From an uncultured Candidatus Actinomarina sp. (lineage in GTDB: Bacteria > Actinomycetota > Acidimicrobiia > Actinomarinales > Actinomarinaceae), in contig CACDQN010000001.1 of the NCBI GenBank assembly GCA_902555055.1, positions 167,535-231,534 on the forward strand: a stretch of 64,000 nt of DNA. Reading direction: 5' to 3'. This document shows, in pieces, positions 51,502 to 60,748 of this stretch (positions are counted from its first letter, which is position 1; every line of letters starts with the position of its first letter). A program made the position numbers and the translations under genes. The notes under the pieces are model-generated. The model saw nothing but the letters and a program-made list of their open reading frames with translations. It was not told the DNA's origin and did not search any database.

Positions 51502-52015
51502 GCTTTGCTTGTTATTGTTTGTTCTGTTGGTGAGTTGTCAAAACAGTGAGGATACTTATATGAGTCCTGAACTAAATGAATTTCCTACAATACAAGGAAA
51601 TACCTTGAATAAAGAAAAAAAACTTGTCCCAGATGATTTCGTAGATAAAAATTTAGTTGTTATTGTTGCATTTCAACAATGGCATCAGGCATTAGTTGAT
51701 GAATCTATATTGTTATTAGAACAAAACGGACTTGGAGAAACACATAATATTATTGAAGTTCCCACAATACGAAAATCTTCTAAGTTAAATGAAATTTATT
51801 TAGATGGAATAATGAGAGCGGGCATTAGAGATAATAGAATTAGAAATCGAACTATCACTGCATATTTAGATAAAGAACAATTTAGACGCGATCTCGATAT
51901 TCCAAATGAAGATACGATCTATTGGTTTTTAGTAGCAAAAGATTCAAAAAATATTATTGCAAGGGGATATGGCGTAATATCTGAAGACGAATTGGATTTA
52001 ATTAATTCTTTTTAA
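51488..52015 (+). CDS. hypothetical lipoprotein
   Basis: Signal peptide with lipobox LLVSC. Confidence 0.45.
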   Translation: MVRLKLCLLLFVLLVSCQNSEDTYMSPELNEFPTIQGNTLNKEKKLVPDDFVDKNLVVIVAFQQWHQALVDESILLLEQNGLGETHNIIEVPTIRKSSKLNEIYLDGIMRAGIRDNRIRNRTITAYLDKEQFRRDLDIPNEDTIYWFLVAKDSKNIIARGYGVISEDELDLINSF

Positions 52016-52392
52016 ATATAAATTGTTGCTAAATAAACGACTACAAGAGCAAGTATTAACATAACACCATTAAATGCACCTCTTATCGCTTCACTTACAT
52101 TTGTAGCCAAACTATGAAAAGCAATCACAATACCAGCTAATCCTAGAACTGCTACTTCGATGTACCAGTTAGAAGTAGTACTTTCATTTAAAAAGTAAAG
52201 AGCTATTCCTGATAATAAAGAAACCGCATAAGAGCTCCATGAAATCTTACTGAATAGATCTCTTAAAACACCTGTTGTATTTTTAGTTGGGTCAAATTTT
52301 GCTAACTTTGCAGCAAATATTGCCCACGTAACCATAGACCCTAGCCAAATTGACAAACCAACAACATGTACATACTTTAAAATAACTTCCAT
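52012..52392 (-). CDS. hypothetical integral membrane protein (4 TM helices)
   Basis: Hydrophobicity pattern only. Confidence 0.45.
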   Translation of the reverse strand: MEVILKYVHVVGLSIWLGSMVTWAIFAAKLAKFDPTKNTTGVLRDLFSKISWSSYAVSLLSGIALYFLNESTTSNWYIEVAVLGLAGIVIAFHSLATNVSEAIRGAFNGVMLILALVVVYLATIYI

Positions 52393-52433
52393 ATTGAAAT
52401 GCTAGCATTTTTAATTTCTTTTATGATATTGAT

Positions 52434-53429
52434 ATGGATGAATACAAGGCGTGGGTTCAAAAAAATATTGCTTCCTTTACAAATCTTGAATACACATTAA
52501 TGGAATACCCAGAATGTAATAAAGGTGAATTAATTATTGAAACTAAGGCAGCAACTTTAAATTTCGCAGACCTACTTTTGTCTAGTGGAATGTATCAATC
52601 AAACCCAGAGATACCATTTGTTCCTGGTTTTGAGGTTGCAGGTATAGTGAAAGAAGTTTCACCTGATAGTATATTTGAAGTTGGAGACAGGGTAATAGCT
52701 GCAACGACTGTTTTTAGGTCAGGTAGACATGGAAGTTTTGGAGATTATTGCATAGCTTCTGAAAATCTAACTTATAAGCTACCAAATGATATTTCATATG
52801 AAGTTGGGGCCGCAATACTTATGTCTTACTTAACTTCTGACTTTGCACTACACAGAAGAGCAGAATTAAAAAACAACGAACTTGTACTGATTAATGCTGC
52901 TGCTGGAGGAGTTGGAATTGCTGCTCTTCAATTAGCAAAAATTTCTGGAGCAAGAGTTATTGCCGCAGTTGGCTCCGAGCAAAAGAGAAAGGTTGTCGAA
53001 AAATATAATCCAGAACTCATAATTAACTATCAAGAAGAAAATCTTCGTGAAACCGTAGAAGCACATTTTGGTAAGAGACCAGTAAATATATTCTATGACC
53101 AAGTTGGAGGTCAGGCATATGATGAGGGAGTTAAGTTGCTTAGTTCAGAAGGAAGAGCATTAATTGTTGGGTTTGCAAGTGGTAACATACCATCCCAACT
53201 GCTTAGCTATCTATTAGTTAAAAATATTACGATTATGGGTGTTTTTATGATTAGCTTTGAGGACAATGATAAAGATTACTTAAAAAGTAGAATAGAACTT
53301 ATCTTTGAACACTATAGAAATAAAAAAATAGAACCAGTTTTTGAAATAATAGATTTTCAAAACATTATTGAGTATTTAGATCTTATCGGAAGCAGAAAAA
53401 CTGTTGGAAGAATAGTTGCTGTTAAGTAA
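52434..53429 (+). CDS. NADPH:quinone oxidoreductase / zinc-binding alcohol dehydrogenase family (MDR)
   Basis: Rossmann motif INAAAGGVGIAALQLAK and a GroES-like N-terminal domain. Confidence 0.8.
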   Translation: MDEYKAWVQKNIASFTNLEYTLMEYPECNKGELIIETKAATLNFADLLLSSGMYQSNPEIPFVPGFEVAGIVKEVSPDSIFEVGDRVIAATTVFRSGRHGSFGDYCIASENLTYKLPNDISYEVGAAILMSYLTSDFALHRRAELKNNELVLINAAAGGVGIAALQLAKISGARVIAAVGSEQKRKVVEKYNPELIINYQEENLRETVEAHFGKRPVNIFYDQVGGQAYDEGVKLLSSEGRALIVGFASGNIPSQLLSYLLVKNITIMGVFMISFEDNDKDYLKSRIELIFEHYRNKKIEPVFEIIDFQNIIEYLDLIGSRKTVGRIVAVK

Positions 53430-53461
53430 CAACAGAAAAATAAATTACTAATATATAAGAA

Positions 53462-54064
53462 ATGGCAAAACTATATTTTTATTACGCAGCAATGAATGCA
53501 GGAAAAAGTACGACACTTTTGCAATCAGCACATAATTACGAAGAGAGAGACATGAGGACTCTCTTATTTACTCCGAAATTAGATGATAGATTTGGAGAAG
53601 GGAAAATTGCATCACGGATTGGTCTAGATAGAGATTGTGAAATTTTTACATCAGATGATGACTTATATGTTTGGACAGCGCATGAACATCAAAGGGAGCA
53701 TGTTTCATGTGTTTTAGTTGATGAAGCACAGTTTTTAAGTCCCAAACAAGTTCTACAACTTTCATTGGTTGTAGATAAATTGAAGATTCCAGTCTTATGT
53801 TATGGCTTAAGGTCGGACTTCAGGGGAGAGCCCTTTCCAGGTAGTGTTTATCTTTTAACTTGGGCAGATGAGATGACTGAAATTAAAACTATTTGTAAAT
53901 CAGGAAAAAAAGCAATAATGAATGCAAGGCTGGATGAAAGTGGAAATAGAGTTATAGAAGGAGATCAAATCTCAATTGGTTTAAATTACGAAGCACAAGC
54001 CAGAGATGTCTTCGAACTAGATAAAGTATCACCTATTGGATATCAGATTCCAGAAGCTAATTAA
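53462..54064 (+). CDS. tdk: thymidine kinase
   Basis: P-loop LYFYYAAMNAGKST and a C-terminal Zn-ribbon (CxxC…) typical of type II TK. Confidence 0.9.
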   Translation: MAKLYFYYAAMNAGKSTTLLQSAHNYEERDMRTLLFTPKLDDRFGEGKIASRIGLDRDCEIFTSDDDLYVWTAHEHQREHVSCVLVDEAQFLSPKQVLQLSLVVDKLKIPVLCYGLRSDFRGEPFPGSVYLLTWADEMTEIKTICKSGKKAIMNARLDESGNRVIEGDQISIGLNYEAQARDVFELDKVSPIGYQIPEAN

Positions 54065-54067
54065 CTT

Positions 54068-54550
54068 CTAAGAGCCATTCTTTAATGGAGGTTCAGGCCT
54101 AGTGGCTAGCCAAGTGCATAAACCTATTCCAAATGCACCAAAAATTAAATCACCGACTAATGAGAAAACAAAATAAATAGTTAATGCAAAAGTTGGTATG
54201 ATCATAGAAATAGCTAATTTCTTAGCTCTTCTAGATAGTCCTCTATATGTATTCCAATTTAAGATAATCGGGCCAAAAATTCTATGATTTTCAAGCCAAA
54301 GAGTGAATCTTTCTGAACATTTTGAAAATGCCCAAGCCGCTATCAAAATGAAGACTGTTGTAGGTAGACCTGGAACAACAATCCCTACATAACCTAAAGA
54401 TAATGAAAGAATTCCAATCGTAAAAAATACAGGTTTATGAATTTTAATAAATATATTAGGAAAAAATTTGTACAAAATGATAAATACAAATATTCCTCCA
54501 CCTACATAACTAAAAAGTTCGTAAGGAATATTTGAAACTAAATTACTCAT
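54068..54550 (-). CDS. DUF454 (YbaN-like) inner membrane protein
   Basis: About 160 aa with 4 TM helices and a WAFSKCSERF-like motif. Confidence 0.6.
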   Translation of the reverse strand: MSNLVSNIPYELFSYVGGGIFVFIILYKFFPNIFIKIHKPVFFTIGILSLSLGYVGIVVPGLPTTVFILIAAWAFSKCSERFTLWLENHRIFGPIILNWNTYRGLSRRAKKLAISMIIPTFALTIYFVFSLVGDLIFGAFGIGLCTWLATRPEPPLKNGS

Positions 54551-54591
54551 GTTCTAATTATAAAAAAACTTTCGTATAAACATAAATTGGA

Positions 54592-55278
54592 TTATCCAAC
54601 ATAGACTCTTTCAGCAATAAATTGATCTAAACCGAAAAACTGATCTTTAGATATACTCACGGTAATTGAGTACTCGTTGGTGTCAGAAATATAAATTTTA
54701 TTTCCAGGTAAGATTTTATTTTTTTGAAGAAATGATATTACTGAAGAATCTTTTTTTAGTTCTTCTGAAATTTTAACAATATTGTATTTTTTATTGACTT
54801 TAACATCAAGCAATCTTTTCATTGGGCCTTCAAAATAACCGGAATATGGAATAGGATTTCCAAATATGCCAGTAGTAGGGTTTCCTAAAATTTTCAACAT
54901 TGCGTCTTCAGTTACTGGACTCAATACGTTTTCCCATTTCTTAGTTTCTTTGTATACCTGATCCCAAGGAAGGTCTAAAATTTCAGACAAAAATCTCTCG
55001 ATAATCCTACGCCTTCTAGATATCATCTTTGCTAAATAGGAGCCCTTTTCCGTAAGCATTAGATCATCACTTAATTCTATTAGGCCACTATTTTGCATTC
55101 TTCCAATAACCTGGGAAACGTTAGCTCTACTGACACCTAGCCAATCAGCAACACGTGTTTGCTTTACTTCTATTCCAACTTCGCTTAAATGATATATTGC
55201 TTCAGCATGGGAATAAAAAGAGTTTGGTAACTTCTCAATTTCATTTTGTGGAAATACATTAGGATTTTCGTTATTCAT
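54592..55278 (-). CDS. DtxR/IdeR-family metal-dependent transcriptional regulator with a C-terminal FeoA/SH3-like domain
   Basis: N-terminal HTH (VADWLGVSRANVSQVIGRMQNSGLIE), a dimerisation/metal-binding region, and a C-terminal SH3-like domain; 228 aa. Confidence 0.8.
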   Translation of the reverse strand: MNNENPNVFPQNEIEKLPNSFYSHAEAIYHLSEVGIEVKQTRVADWLGVSRANVSQVIGRMQNSGLIELSDDLMLTEKGSYLAKMISRRRRIIERFLSEILDLPWDQVYKETKKWENVLSPVTEDAMLKILGNPTTGIFGNPIPYSGYFEGPMKRLLDVKVNKKYNIVKISEELKKDSSVISFLQKNKILPGNKIYISDTNEYSITVSISKDQFFGLDQFIAERVYVG

Positions 55279-55557
55279 TAATACTTATGTTAACACCTGT
55301 TAACTCAAATCGGATAGTATTTTAGAAAGCAGGGCATCCTACAGCAAAAGTGAGTCCAAAAAATAGTAACCATATAATCGGTTCATATTTTCTTACTAGC
55401 TTAGGATCTTTTTGCATTGTCTATATTTTACTATTCTATGTATAATATAAGTAATATGATGTGTCCTTATGCTTATTTACTAGCTGGTTTTATGTGGTTT
55501 GTTCGAAATGGTGGTAAATTTGTGATGAAGTCTTTTAGCTTTAAAAAATTAAGCAAA

Positions 55558-56577
55558 TCAACTGCTTCTCACTAGTTCTTCTAAAAGTTTAATTGTTTCC
55601 TCTGAGTCGTTTAAGCAAGGTATGTAAGTCATATTTTTACCTCCGGCGTTAAAAAATGTTTCTCGACCACGAATATCAATCTCTTCTAAAGTCTCTAAGC
55701 AATCAGATATAAAGGATGGACACAGAATTGCTATATTGTCTTTTCCTTCTGTAGGAAGCTCGGCTAGTCTCTTATCAGTAAATGGAGTAAGCCACCCTGG
55801 TCCAAGTCTAGATTGGTAAGCAACCTCCCACTGACCTTCTTTTAAACCTAGTTTTTCAGCTGTCAAACTTGAAGCAATTCTTGTATGTGACCTGTAACAG
55901 TCTTTTGATCCATCATTTTTCACTTCACAACAACTATTTGTTGAGAAACAATGCTCTCCAGTTTCATCAGTTTTTTTAGCTTGCCTCCTTGGAATCCCAT
56001 GATAACTAAATACAATTTTGTCATAAGAATCAGATTCTAAGTAAGGTTTAATGGTATTACTCACTGCACTTATATAATTTTCATTGTTGTAAAAAGGTTT
56101 AACAAAAGTTAATTCAAAATCATTAGCAATACGATTTGCAACAGCTAATGTCTCCAACTCTGTAGTGACTGTTGTTGCCATCGCATTATGGGGATAAAGA
56201 GAAACCACATAAATTCTTTTGATATCTTTATTTTTAAAATTTGTTAAGGCTTTTTCTATACTTGGTTCCTCATATCTCATTGCATATTCAACATTCCAAC
56301 CAGTTTTACTAGATAATTTTTTAGCTATTTTATCTGTTGAAATAATTAAGGGAGAACCTTCAGCTGTCCATATTTTTTCATATGCTTCTAGTGTATTCTT
56401 GGGCCTGAAGGGGAGTATAAATAAGCGTAAAATTAATTGTTGTAAAAATTTTGGTAGGTCTACTACATTATCATCAGATAAAAAAACTTTTAAGTAATGC
56501 CTGACAGATTTTTTAGTAAGTTCCTTAGGTGATCCTAAATTAATTAAAAGAACACCTTCATTTTTATTTGGAGACAT
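55558..56577 (-). CDS. hemH: ferrochelatase (coproporphyrin type expected in Actinobacteria) with an internal 4-Cys insert
   Basis: N-terminal VLLINLGSP. Conserved active-site region …SFISDCLETLEEI and HGIPRR. Insert GEHCFSTNSCCEVKNDGSKDC. Confidence 0.9.
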   Translation of the reverse strand: MSPNKNEGVLLINLGSPKELTKKSVRHYLKVFLSDDNVVDLPKFLQQLILRLFILPFRPKNTLEAYEKIWTAEGSPLIISTDKIAKKLSSKTGWNVEYAMRYEEPSIEKALTNFKNKDIKRIYVVSLYPHNAMATTVTTELETLAVANRIANDFELTFVKPFYNNENYISAVSNTIKPYLESDSYDKIVFSYHGIPRRQAKKTDETGEHCFSTNSCCEVKNDGSKDCYRSHTRIASSLTAEKLGLKEGQWEVAYQSRLGPGWLTPFTDKRLAELPTEGKDNIAILCPSFISDCLETLEEIDIRGRETFFNAGGKNMTYIPCLNDSEETIKLLEELVRSS

Positions 56578-56670
56578 AGATAGAAGAATAAAAGATTAAT
56601 AATTTAACCTTAAATTATTAGGCAAAAAATTTTCAAAATTAATTACCATTAAGTTTTTTTGTTAAGTACT

Positions 56671-56714
56671 ATTAACAAAGTTAATTATAAACATTAACAA
56701 AGTTAATTATAAAC
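56671..56714. repeat. exact tandem duplication of a 22-bp unit (ATTAACAAAGTTAATTATAAAC) containing the palindrome TTAAC-aaa-GTTAA, in the hemH/fbpA divergent region
   Basis: Visible directly in the sequence. Ends 10 nt before the fbpA ATG. Confidence 0.65.
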
Positions 56715-56724
56715 AAAGGTTGAA

Positions 56725-57825
56725 ATGAATAAAAAAATTACGATTATTTTGATTGCTTTCATGATGGTTTTGACTGCTTGTTCCCCCACAGCGGGAGAGC
56801 AGGGACCAGCAGGTGAGCAAGGTCCAGCAGGAGAAGTATCACAAGAAGCTATTGAAGCTGCAGTTGAAGCAGCATTGGCAGAGACAGAAGCTGAAGTTGG
56901 CGGAACACTTGTCATTTATAGCGGTAGAAAAGAAAGTTTAGTAGCAGATATTATTGCAGAATTTGCTGCAACCTCAGGAGTAGAAGTTGAAGTAAGGTAT
57001 GCAAAGAGTGCTGCTTTAGCTGGAACACTTTCACTTGAGGGTGCTATAAGTCCAGCTGATGTTTTCTTCTCACAAGATCCGGTAAGCCTTGGTGTAGTAG
57101 CCAAAGAAGGTCTTTTCGATAGACTACCAGCTGATGTTCTAGATAACGTACCAGCTTGGGCAGTTGATAGTAATGGTTTCTGGGTAGGTACATCTGGTAG
57201 GTCTAGATCACTTGTTGTTGACACAAGAGATGTTACAGACGCAGAATTGCCTGGAGACATTTATGGTCTTGCAGATGAAAAATTTAGAAACAGACTAGGA
57301 CTTGCTCCTACTAACTCATCATTCATAGCAATGGTTGCATGCATGATTGAGTCAGATGGGGAAGAAAAAGTTCTTGACTGGTTAACTACAATAAACGGTC
57401 TTGGATATGGAGAATATCCAAAGAACTCACCTCAAGTAGCAGCAGCTGCAGCTGGTGAGTTAGATATTGGAATGATCAATCACTATTACACATTAAGAGT
57501 ATTGGCTGAAAATGGAGACGAGCCAATTAAGAATGTGTATTTAGATGGTGGATGTGGTGCAATGGTTATGCCTGCAGGTGCTGGAATTTTGTCCTCAAGC
57601 CAAAATAAACCAGCAGCGATGGCATTTATTGAATTCTTACATTCAAAAGCAGCTCAAGAGACATTTACAAATACAGTATACGAGTTCCCTCTTGTTGAAG
57701 GTATTGAGCCAAATGCTTTGTTACCAGACATTAATAGTTTGAACTCTCCTTCAAACTTAAACTGGTCAGCGCTAGCTTTATGGCAAGAAAAAGCTGTCGA
57801 ATTGATTGCTCAGGCAGGATACTAG
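56725..57825 (+). CDS. fbpA: Fe(III) ABC transporter substrate-binding lipoprotein (FbpA/AfuA family)
   Basis: Lipobox LTAC. Motifs SPADVFFSQD, TSGRSRSLVVDTR, INHYY, SSQNK and a C-terminal AQAGY recall FbpA. Confidence 0.85.
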   Translation: MNKKITIILIAFMMVLTACSPTAGEQGPAGEQGPAGEVSQEAIEAAVEAALAETEAEVGGTLVIYSGRKESLVADIIAEFAATSGVEVEVRYAKSAALAGTLSLEGAISPADVFFSQDPVSLGVVAKEGLFDRLPADVLDNVPAWAVDSNGFWVGTSGRSRSLVVDTRDVTDAELPGDIYGLADEKFRNRLGLAPTNSSFIAMVACMIESDGEEKVLDWLTTINGLGYGEYPKNSPQVAAAAAGELDIGMINHYYTLRVLAENGDEPIKNVYLDGGCGAMVMPAGAGILSSSQNKPAAMAFIEFLHSKAAQETFTNTVYEFPLVEGIEPNALLPDINSLNSPSNLNWSALALWQEKAVELIAQAGY

Positions 57826-57851
57826 TCCGTCCGTCAATATCAACATAAGCC

Positions 57852-57893
57852 AAAAAATTCTGGTCAGAGAAATCTGACCAGAATTTTTTCTTT
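57852..57893. terminator. strong rho-independent terminator/attenuator between fbpA and fbpB (11-bp perfect stem, GAAA loop, A- and T-runs on both sides)
   Basis: AAAAAA-TTCTGGTCAGA-GAAA-TCTGACCAGAA-TTTTTTCTTTT. Confidence 0.75.
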
Positions 57894-57926
57894 TATTAAT
57901 AAGCTTTCTAATTTATCCTTAGAGTT

Positions 57927-59483
57927 GTGAAAATACCAAAGATTCTTTTAACAACAAATGTTTTTATCTTAACAATATTTTTAATGCCAATATTTTATAT
58001 GTTTTGGCGATTTGCTAATTTTTCAAGAAATATATCTGCTTTTCTAAAATCATGGGATGTTTCTTCTCTTTTGTTTAATACTTTAACTTTATTTTTAGCT
58101 GTAGTTCTAACTAGTCTTCTTATAGGTTTACTTGTTTCTATTTTTACTGTTAGGTATGAACTCCCTGCTTCAAAAATACTATTTTCTCTAACTATTCTTC
58201 CCCTGGTTATTCCTTCATATATAGGTGCTTTAACCTATGTTTCAGCCTTTTCCCCTAGAGGATTATTTGTAGATATATTTTCTAATTTTGGTCTTAATGA
58301 AATTTCAGGTATTGATGGTTTTGTTGGAAGTTGGATTGTTCTAACACTATTTACCTATCCATATGTTCAGCTAGTTTGCAGTAGTGCACTCAGAAACCTA
58401 GATTCGACAGTTGAGGATGCTGCGAGATCTCTTGGCGTAAAAAAAGTTAAAATGTATACAAGCGTTGTTCTACCAAGATTAAAAAAACCAATTATTTATT
58501 CATCTCTTCTTGTTGGGCTATATGTCATATCTGACTTTGGCGCTGTTTCTTTAATGAAGTATGGAACAATGACAAAGGCAATATATTCTTATTATGTTAT
58601 AAACATCAATGGTGATCCAGTAATTTTCTATTCAACTATATTGATTTTTCTTGCTTTAATTATAAGTTTCGCACAGAGAGGAAGCGATATTTCTAGATCA
58701 GCAAAAGTTTCCGGCACACCAAGAGAAATGGAAAAAATAAAACTTTCAAAAAAACCAAAAATTTTGGTATTAGCTTTCTTTTTTGTTTTAATATTTTTTA
58801 GCTTATTCGTTCCAGTAAGTGTTTTAGGTTACTGGTTGTTTCGTGGGTTGGCTCAGGGCAATAATGTAAGTGGTGCTTTATCTGGAATACTAGGTTCATT
58901 AACTGCGGCTACAGTTACATCGATACTTGCAATGGTTATAGCGACACCTATTGTGGTAATGATTTCTCAGTATCGTTCTAAGTTCGGTGATTTATTTGAA
59001 AAAGTCACCCTTACTTTGTATGGCTTGCCACACATAGCAGTCGGAATCTCAATGTTGTTTATAACAATTAAAATTTTTCCCTCAATTTATCAAACATTTA
59101 TAACTCTTATAATCTCGTACTTAATAGTTTTTTTACCACAAGCTGTGGGTGGAGGACAAGCTTCTATGGAGCAAGTTAAGTTATCTTATATTGAGGCAAG
59201 CTCTGGTCTTGGGTTTTCTAAAATTGATACTTTTTTTAAAATAACTTTTCCCTTAATTTATCGAGGCCTTTTAGCAGGAGCTGCATTAGTATTTTTATCT
59301 ACTATGAAAGAATTACCTCAAACCTTACTGCTGAGACCAACTGGATTTAGTACTATGGCTGTTGATATATGGTCGAATGCGTCTGAAGCTTTATTTACTC
59401 AGGCAGCATTTTCTGCTTTTATATTATTAGCTATTAGTGCATTTCCTACATATATACTTAGTACAAGGAATTTAACAAACTAA
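57927..59483 (+). CDS. fbpB: Fe(III) ABC transporter permease (FbpB-type, duplicated permease domains)
   Basis: 518 aa with about 12 TM helices and two EAA-like loops. GTG start. Confidence 0.85.
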   Translation: MKIPKILLTTNVFILTIFLMPIFYMFWRFANFSRNISAFLKSWDVSSLLFNTLTLFLAVVLTSLLIGLLVSIFTVRYELPASKILFSLTILPLVIPSYIGALTYVSAFSPRGLFVDIFSNFGLNEISGIDGFVGSWIVLTLFTYPYVQLVCSSALRNLDSTVEDAARSLGVKKVKMYTSVVLPRLKKPIIYSSLLVGLYVISDFGAVSLMKYGTMTKAIYSYYVININGDPVIFYSTILIFLALIISFAQRGSDISRSAKVSGTPREMEKIKLSKKPKILVLAFFFVLIFFSLFVPVSVLGYWLFRGLAQGNNVSGALSGILGSLTAATVTSILAMVIATPIVVMISQYRSKFGDLFEKVTLTLYGLPHIAVGISMLFITIKIFPSIYQTFITLIISYLIVFLPQAVGGGQASMEQVKLSYIEASSGLGFSKIDTFFKITFPLIYRGLLAGAALVFLSTMKELPQTLLLRPTGFSTMAVDIWSNASEALFTQAAFSAFILLAISAFPTYILSTRNLTN

Positions 59484-60508
59484 TGGCATTTGAAAATTTA
59501 ATTATTAGAGCAAGATCTGTAACAAAATCATATGGACTCGAAAGTGTATTGTCTGATTTTAATTTAGATGTTTGGAATGGTTCTATAGTTGGAATTTTAG
59601 GTATGTCTGGTTCTGGTAAAACAACAGCTCTTAGATTAATTGCAGGTTTTGAAAAGCCTGATTCAGGGATAATTGAAATGAGAAGTGAGATTATTTCTAG
59701 TGAAGATACTTATTTACCCCCTGAACAAAGAAATGTTGGTATGGTTTTCCAAGATTATGCGCTATTTCCTCATTTAAATGTTGAGAAAAATATATCTTTT
59801 GGACTCAACGCATTTGAAATGAAGTCAGGAAGATTAGAAGAAGTTATATCAATGTGTAATTTAGAGGAATATAGAAAGAAGTTTCCACAAGAGCTTTCTG
59901 GAGGCCAGCAACAAAGAGTTGCGCTTGCCCGTGCTTTAGCTCCCAAACCCGAAGTAATTTTGCTTGATGAACCCTTTACAAGTCTTGATGCACATATGGC
60001 TAGGGACTTAAGAGAAGAAGTCGTTATGCTTTTAAAACAAACTGAAACTACTGCAATAATAGTTACACATGATCAAGAGGAAGCCTTATCTGTATGTGAT
60101 GTTGTAAGTGTGCTTGAAAATGGAAAAGTTATTCAAAGTGCTACTCCTCAGGAAATATATTTAAATCCGGTAAGTCAAACAGTTGCTAATTCAGTAGGAG
60201 ACCCAAACATTCTTAAAGGTTTTTCTACAAATGGAAGAGTAGAAACCTCTCTTGGCTCATTTGTATCTGCTTACAATGGAGCTCTAGATGTTTCTATTAG
60301 GCCAGAATGTATTGAGCTAACCCTCGACACTGAAGGAAGCTATGTAGTTACAGAGTGTACCTTTTATGGTCATGACCAAGTAATATCTTTTAGTAACAAC
60401 AAAGGCGAAATTTTTAGAGCAAGATCTCTTCCAAATACAATTTATGAATCTGGCGATAAAGTAACTGTCAATATATCTGAAGTTACTACTTTTCCGTCAA
60501 AGGTTTGA
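59483..60508 (+). CDS. fbpC: Fe(III)/polyamine-type ABC transporter ATP-binding protein (FbpC-type) with a C-terminal TOBE-like domain
   Basis: Walker A GMSGSGKTT, signature LSGGQQQRVALAR, Walker B ILLDEP. Confidence 0.9.
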   Translation: MAFENLIIRARSVTKSYGLESVLSDFNLDVWNGSIVGILGMSGSGKTTALRLIAGFEKPDSGIIEMRSEIISSEDTYLPPEQRNVGMVFQDYALFPHLNVEKNISFGLNAFEMKSGRLEEVISMCNLEEYRKKFPQELSGGQQQRVALARALAPKPEVILLDEPFTSLDAHMARDLREEVVMLLKQTETTAIIVTHDQEEALSVCDVVSVLENGKVIQSATPQEIYLNPVSQTVANSVGDPNILKGFSTNGRVETSLGSFVSAYNGALDVSIRPECIELTLDTEGSYVVTECTFYGHDQVISFSNNKGEIFRARSLPNTIYESGDKVTVNISEVTTFPSKV

Positions 60509-60694
60509 TTTAATATAAGCAACTCTACCAGCCAAAGATTGAAGCTCAATCTCTAGTTCTGAGAGCTTTCCTGATGCTCGTGAAAAATCTTCGCCTGCTA
60601 TATACTCTCGTGAATTAGCAAGAGACTTTATAAGTGTTTCTAAATCAAACATAATTGATTCTATTTCAGAGAAAATTAGTTGTTTATCCATCAT
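60497..60694 (-). CDS. hypothetical 65-aa helical/coiled-coil protein (doubtful)
   Basis: The ORF is convergent with fbpC and overlaps its end by 12 nt. No motifs. Confidence 0.2.
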   Translation of the reverse strand: MMDKQLIFSEIESIMFDLETLIKSLANSREYIAGEDFSRASGKLSELEIELQSLAGRVAYIKSNL

Positions 60695-60748
60695 TTAATA
60701 TTAAATTAAAAACTAAAGTTATATATAAGAATTCAATAAAGGGGAAAT

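Noticed and set aside
55456-55578. 40-codon plus-strand ORF (MMCPYAYLLAGFMWFV…) downstream of a TATAAT-like box, running into the hemH 3' end
   Set aside because: It is convergent with and overlaps the hemH stop, and has no SD. It is probably a chance ORF in AT-rich DNA.
56703-57260. 70- and 114-aa minus-strand ORFs inside fbpA
   Set aside because: They are antisense to the FbpA gene, which has clear family motifs. The same GC-rich linker artefact applies.
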